Part shown: positions 43,851 to 47,338 of the stretch, piece by piece
How the letters are laid out: every line of letters starts with the position of its first letter
How positions within the stretch are numbered: the first letter of the stretch is position 1
Source: Planctomycetota bacterium
GTDB taxonomy: Bacteria; Planctomycetota; SZUA-567; H5-PLA8
Reading direction: 5' to 3'
Assembly (NCBI GenBank): GCA_043801885.1
Contig: JAZDLP010000167.1
Location: 1-47,338, forward strand
DNA length: 47,338 bases
The notes under the pieces: generated by a model
What the model saw: the letters and a program-made list of their open reading frames with translations, nothing else
Told to the model about the DNA's origin: nothing
Databases searched by the model: none
Position numbers and translations under genes: made by a program

Positions 43851-46536
43851 AGTCGTCCACCTCGCTGGTTTTCTTTAACACCCACTCACCGCCTTCTTTA
43901 GCGGTTGAGATTTGCATCTGACTCAAAGAAATGGCGGAGTCCCCACGGACTTCAATCGTCACTCCTTTAAGGTCTTCCAACTTAATCAACTCTTTGCGAA
44001 ATTGATTAAGAATTTCAAAAGCCGCCGTAGAATTTAAAAGCGCCTTCACCCGCCGCACACTACTGTCGCGCAACTGCGATTTAATTTCTCGTAACATCTC
44101 CAAGCCCAACGACTCGGGCGATTTGACCTGACCCAGACCGGAGCAACACGAGCAGCGATCAAACAGCGTCTTGCGCAAACTGTGTCGGATGCGCTGTCGA
44201 GTCATCTCCACTACTCCCAGCGAACTGATGGGCAGCACGTTAGTACGAGCCTTATCGCGAGCCAGGTGAGCCTTCAACTCGCACTCCACGCTACGCCGGT
44301 GTTCGTGGATATCCATATCAATGAAATCAATCATCACTAAACCGCCAATATCGCGCAACCGCAACTGACGAGCGATCTCCCGCGCCGCCTCCAGATTAGT
44401 CTGCAGGATCGTGTCGTCCTGATTACGCTTCTCGCGAAATCGTCCGGTATTGACGTCAATCGCCACCAGCGCCTCGGTCTGCTCGATAACAATTGAGCCG
44501 CCACTGCGCAGATTGACTTTACGATTAAACAGCCGTTGCAATTGCTGTTCCACGCCGTGCTTATGGAACAGCGGTTCAGGTTCGGAGTACAGTTTCAGTT
44601 TGTGTTCGGTACCCGGCGCCATCTCGCGAAGAAACTCGCGAGCCCGCCCCAGCGCCACCGAGTCGTCAATGATAATCTCGGCCACATCATCAGTGATCAC
44701 ATCGCGGAATACGCGAGTGATCACGTCGCCTTCCTGATAAATCAGAGCGGGCGCTTTCGCCATCGCGCCCTTCTTTTTCAACGTGTTCCAGCCGCGCAAT
44801 AGATAATCCATGTCGCGCTGCAGATCTTCTTTGGAATGCCCAGTGCCGGCAGTGCGCACAATTACGCCAATATCTTCAGGCGCATTGAGTTGACCGAGAA
44901 TCTCTTTCAACGTCCGCCGCTGCTCTTCACTCTCGATGCGTTTAGAAACACCCAACCGCGGCATCGCCGGCATCAATACTAGGTAACGACCGGGCATACT
45001 GATATAATTAGTGAGCGCAGGACCTTTCTGGCCGATGCTTTCCTTACTCACTTGCACCAGCACTTCCTGTCCTATGCTCAGCATTTCCTGAATAGTGTAA
45101 CGCCGATCATGCTGGCGTTCACGTCCACTGCGACCACCACCTCGACGAGTTGGCCGGGCCGAAACCGGCGCAGTGAGCGGCGTATCCGGCAGATCCGTCT
45201 GATCCGTCTGATCTGTCTGATCCAACGTTGGCGCTGCATGGCTATCTTCGCTTGCAGATTCTGATTCCAAAGTTGGCGCGACCATTGGCGCCGCACTCGG
45301 CGGACGCGCTCGTCCTGAATATCCACGACGACGACGTCTGTGACGATTACTGCTGTGAGCTTGCGCGTTCTTTACATCCGCATTCGCGCCGTCGATTGTT
45401 TCGCCAGACGGCGCGCCTTCGACATTTGAAGCGCCCGACTCCTGCGTTTGTGGGAGAGGCTGGTTTTCCGTAAGCGTCGCTAGAGGCTGTTCTTCCGTTA
45501 CGGCGTTGCGAGCATGTTTCACGCGCGTCTTTTGTGTCTCGGGCAGATTCGAAATATCATTGTAGCTGCCATTCGGCGGGATACAGTCCGATGCGTGTAG
45601 GAAGCCATGTCGTTGTGTGCCCAAGTCCACGAACGCCGCCTGAAGCGATGGCTCAATATTAACAACCCGACCCTTGTAGATGTTTCCAGTCTGCTGTCCG
45701 CGACTCTTGCGTTCCATGAATATCTCGGCCAGCTCGCCGTTCTCCAGGATAGCCACTCGAATCTCGCCTGGCTCCACCGAATTGAGCAGCACAACTTTGC
45801 GTGCGTCTGGCGGCAATTGCGGAGAAACGGCCGTCGAATTCTGGTTTTTCCGACGGCGTTGACCTAGGCGTCGCGATGATTGCGCAACAGGCTTCATCGC
45901 CGGCTCGACAGCAGGCGTTGCTTCAGAGCCGCTCTCGCCGGACACAGGAATCGACACAGTGGCCACTTGCAATTCAGGCGACGGTATGGGTTCTTGTTGA
46001 ATTTCTTGAGACGCGGAAGAAGTAGATTGCTGGGTAATCGAGACAGACTCGCTGATGCTACAACAACTGTTTTCTCGTGCCGCAGGCGACTCGCCTGCTT
46101 GCTCTGACAAATGCGATGGCTCATGCGTGAGAGGCAAGCAGGACGCCTGCGGTACAGTCGTTGCAACTGCCTCAGAAACCACGAGTTTTACGACCGGCGG
46201 CAGAGCGGACCGTGGCAAGATATTTGAGTGAGCCGGTGCCTGATGCCGATTAGCGGCATATCGAGCGTTCTGTTCAGACGGGTTATTTCCACCGCCGTGG
46301 CCTCTACGACGGCGACGGCGGCGCTTGCCATGACTCTCGCCCGCATTATTCTGCGCTCGCGGCATATATCCAGTCGTCTGGCTCTTAAGGATATTCTCAA
46401 CAATCTGACCAGCGCGTCGCGCCGCTGCTTCGTCTCTGGCAATATCATCCAACGCGGTCGTTTGTGTGTTTCCGAGCAAGACTCCTGTTACTGTGCGGCC
46501 TCCAGCAGTTCCAGGGGCGGCTCCAGTTCCATCCAT
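43834..46536 (-). CDS. rne: ribonuclease E/G family protein with long low-complexity N-terminal extension and an insertion after the S1 domain
   Basis: S1 motif GNIYKGRVVNIEPSLQAAFVDLG. Catalytic core LVAIDVNTG and LGGLVMIDFIDM. The first 49 nt overlap the upstream gene, so the true start may be internal. Confidence 0.85.
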   Translation of the reverse strand: MDGTGAAPGTAGGRTVTGVLLGNTQTTALDDIARDEAAARRAGQIVENILKSQTTGYMPRAQNNAGESHGKRRRRRRRGHGGGNNPSEQNARYAANRHQAPAHSNILPRSALPPVVKLVVSEAVATTVPQASCLPLTHEPSHLSEQAGESPAARENSCCSISESVSITQQSTSSASQEIQQEPIPSPELQVATVSIPVSGESGSEATPAVEPAMKPVAQSSRRLGQRRRKNQNSTAVSPQLPPDARKVVLLNSVEPGEIRVAILENGELAEIFMERKSRGQQTGNIYKGRVVNIEPSLQAAFVDLGTQRHGFLHASDCIPPNGSYNDISNLPETQKTRVKHARNAVTEEQPLATLTENQPLPQTQESGASNVEGAPSGETIDGANADVKNAQAHSSNRHRRRRRGYSGRARPPSAAPMVAPTLESESASEDSHAAPTLDQTDQTDQTDLPDTPLTAPVSARPTRRGGGRSGRERQHDRRYTIQEMLSIGQEVLVQVSKESIGQKGPALTNYISMPGRYLVLMPAMPRLGVSKRIESEEQRRTLKEILGQLNAPEDIGVIVRTAGTGHSKEDLQRDMDYLLRGWNTLKKKGAMAKAPALIYQEGDVITRVFRDVITDDVAEIIIDDSVALGRAREFLREMAPGTEHKLKLYSEPEPLFHKHGVEQQLQRLFNRKVNLRSGGSIVIEQTEALVAIDVNTGRFREKRNQDDTILQTNLEAAREIARQLRLRDIGGLVMIDFIDMDIHEHRRSVECELKAHLARDKARTNVLPISSLGVVEMTRQRIRHSLRKTLFDRCSCCSGLGQVKSPESLGLEMLREIKSQLRDSSVRRVKALLNSTAAFEILNQFRKELIKLEDLKGVTIEVRGDSAISLSQMQISTAKEGGEWVLKKTSEVDDYVRNS
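45192..45223. repeat. 9-bp tandem repeat GATCCGTCT x3.5 inside rne (encodes DQTDQTDQTD on the minus strand)
   Basis: Direct reading. The reverse complement GGATCAGAC matches units of the 38272-38401 array. Confidence 0.9.
46129..46155. repeat. 27-nt palindromic element copy (GAGAGGCAAGCAGGACGCCTGCGGTAC) inside rne
   Basis: 3 mismatches in 27 nt compared with 213-239. Translated VPQASCLPL. Confidence 0.85.
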
Positions 46537-47159
46537 AGTTTTGTACTCCGTACATGTTTAAGACTGTCCAAGGACTCGTTCAGCACCAAGCTGAGCACCT
46601 CCAACGGACGAGCCGATCCCTTTTGGTTTGGTGCGACCTCGATCAGCAAATCGCCGGTGGTCTCCAGCGTGATATCTAGCAAAGCGGGCCTTATGTCTAT
46701 GTCTTGGATTCTGTTTTTTCTGGAACGCTGAAACGGGAGGCTCGCCGCCTGCAGGAGCGCCTGGCACCGGTCCAACGAAACCATCAAACCAGCTTCCTTC
46801 AAATGCAGACGATACTGGATTCGGCGAGGTGTTTGGCCCGCTCGACGCAGGGGCAGCGCCTTCACCGTTTTCAATACCAGACCCGGGGGGAAAGTGGATG
46901 ATAAACGAGTATAGATTGTCTGTGTATCCAACCATTGTGTTAATTCGATTTCTGCAACTTCGTCCAGGGAAACTACCCCAACTTCCAGCGCTACGGGAAA
47001 AACAATACGTAAACGAGGATTAAAACCTTCTGTCAGTCGTACCGGCAATGCCGCTCGACGCACAGCGCGCATCATGGCGCGCATCAGATCGTGGTGAGAG
47101 ATGAAACGAACCGCATCACCCTTTTCAAACCGAAGCTCAACTTTTTGTTGAATCATCAC
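46488..47159 (-). CDS. radical-SAM-associated DUF2344 (TIGR03936-like) protein
   Basis: RFEKGDAVRFISHHDLMRAMMRAVRRAALPVRLTEGFNPRLRIVF. Usual position upstream of RNase E/G. Confidence 0.8.
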   Translation of the reverse strand: MMIQQKVELRFEKGDAVRFISHHDLMRAMMRAVRRAALPVRLTEGFNPRLRIVFPVALEVGVVSLDEVAEIELTQWLDTQTIYTRLSSTFPPGLVLKTVKALPLRRAGQTPRRIQYRLHLKEAGLMVSLDRCQALLQAASLPFQRSRKNRIQDIDIRPALLDITLETTGDLLIEVAPNQKGSARPLEVLSLVLNESLDSLKHVRSTKLWMELEPPLELLEAAQ

Positions 47160-47218
47160 CGCGCATCAATTTACTAATGTCTATCTTTATGGCCACAGGT
47201 CAAGTGGCATTAATTTTA

Positions 47219-47275
47219 AAGTATAGGAATTTCGTAACCGTTCACCACAAAGCCACAGAGAACACAGAGAAAATT
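47219..47275. mobile_element. MITE-like element left end (copy H)
   Basis: AAGTATAGGAATTTCGTAACCGTTCACCACAAAGCCACAGAGAACACAGAGAAAA. The AAGTATAGGAATTTCG[C/T]AACCGTTCA prefix recurs at 17047-17072. Confidence 0.7.
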
Positions 47276-47338
47276 TAAAAAACGGCACTGGTTCAAATAT
47301 GACAGATGCAGGGCAACGCTTTTCTAACGAAGTGCGAT

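Overview
A 47.3 kb bacterial chromosomal segment with standard genetic code usage (TAA, TAG and TGA all terminate confident genes). The protein families and repeat types suggest a PVC-type lineage (Verrucomicrobia/Planctomycetes-like), but that is inference only. Most genes are housekeeping and lie on the minus strand. They include the conserved tRNA-Thr/tuf/rpmG/tRNA-Trp/secE cluster, a Tat-exported Cys-type formate dehydrogenase (FdnGH-like), coaC, ispF, lnt, a peptidoglycan amidase, a DinG-family helicase and an orphan nuoN. There is also a Maf/fused-spermidine-synthase operon, arginase, an FHA-GAF-cyclase, rplU, RNase E/G and its usual DUF2344 partner. Accessory content is: (1) a 1010-aa secreted protein carrying two tandemly duplicated lactonase-type beta-propellers plus a PKD domain; (2) an MmeI-like single-polypeptide restriction-modification gene; (3) a Ser/Thr-kinase-FGE-domain protein next to a four-helix-bundle (Avd/23S-IVS family) protein fused to a topoisomerase-type zinc ribbon; (4) a three-gene small-protein cassette including a retropepsin-like protease, wedged behind rplU. 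The most unusual property is the load of short repeats. There are hairpin MITE-like elements with GTAACCGTTCACC ends, one of them inserted in frame inside lnt. A 27-nt palindromic element is read in the same frame inside two unrelated ORFs. Heptamer and GATC-containing nonamer microsatellites touch or lie inside coding regions. Several genes look decayed: a homopolymer frameshift plus nonsense codon in a surface protein gene, a 1-nt frameshift in nuoN, and internally deleted remnants of CRTAC1-like, DUF4160 and DUF2442 genes. No rRNA genes, CRISPR arrays, transposases, integrases or reverse transcriptases were seen.
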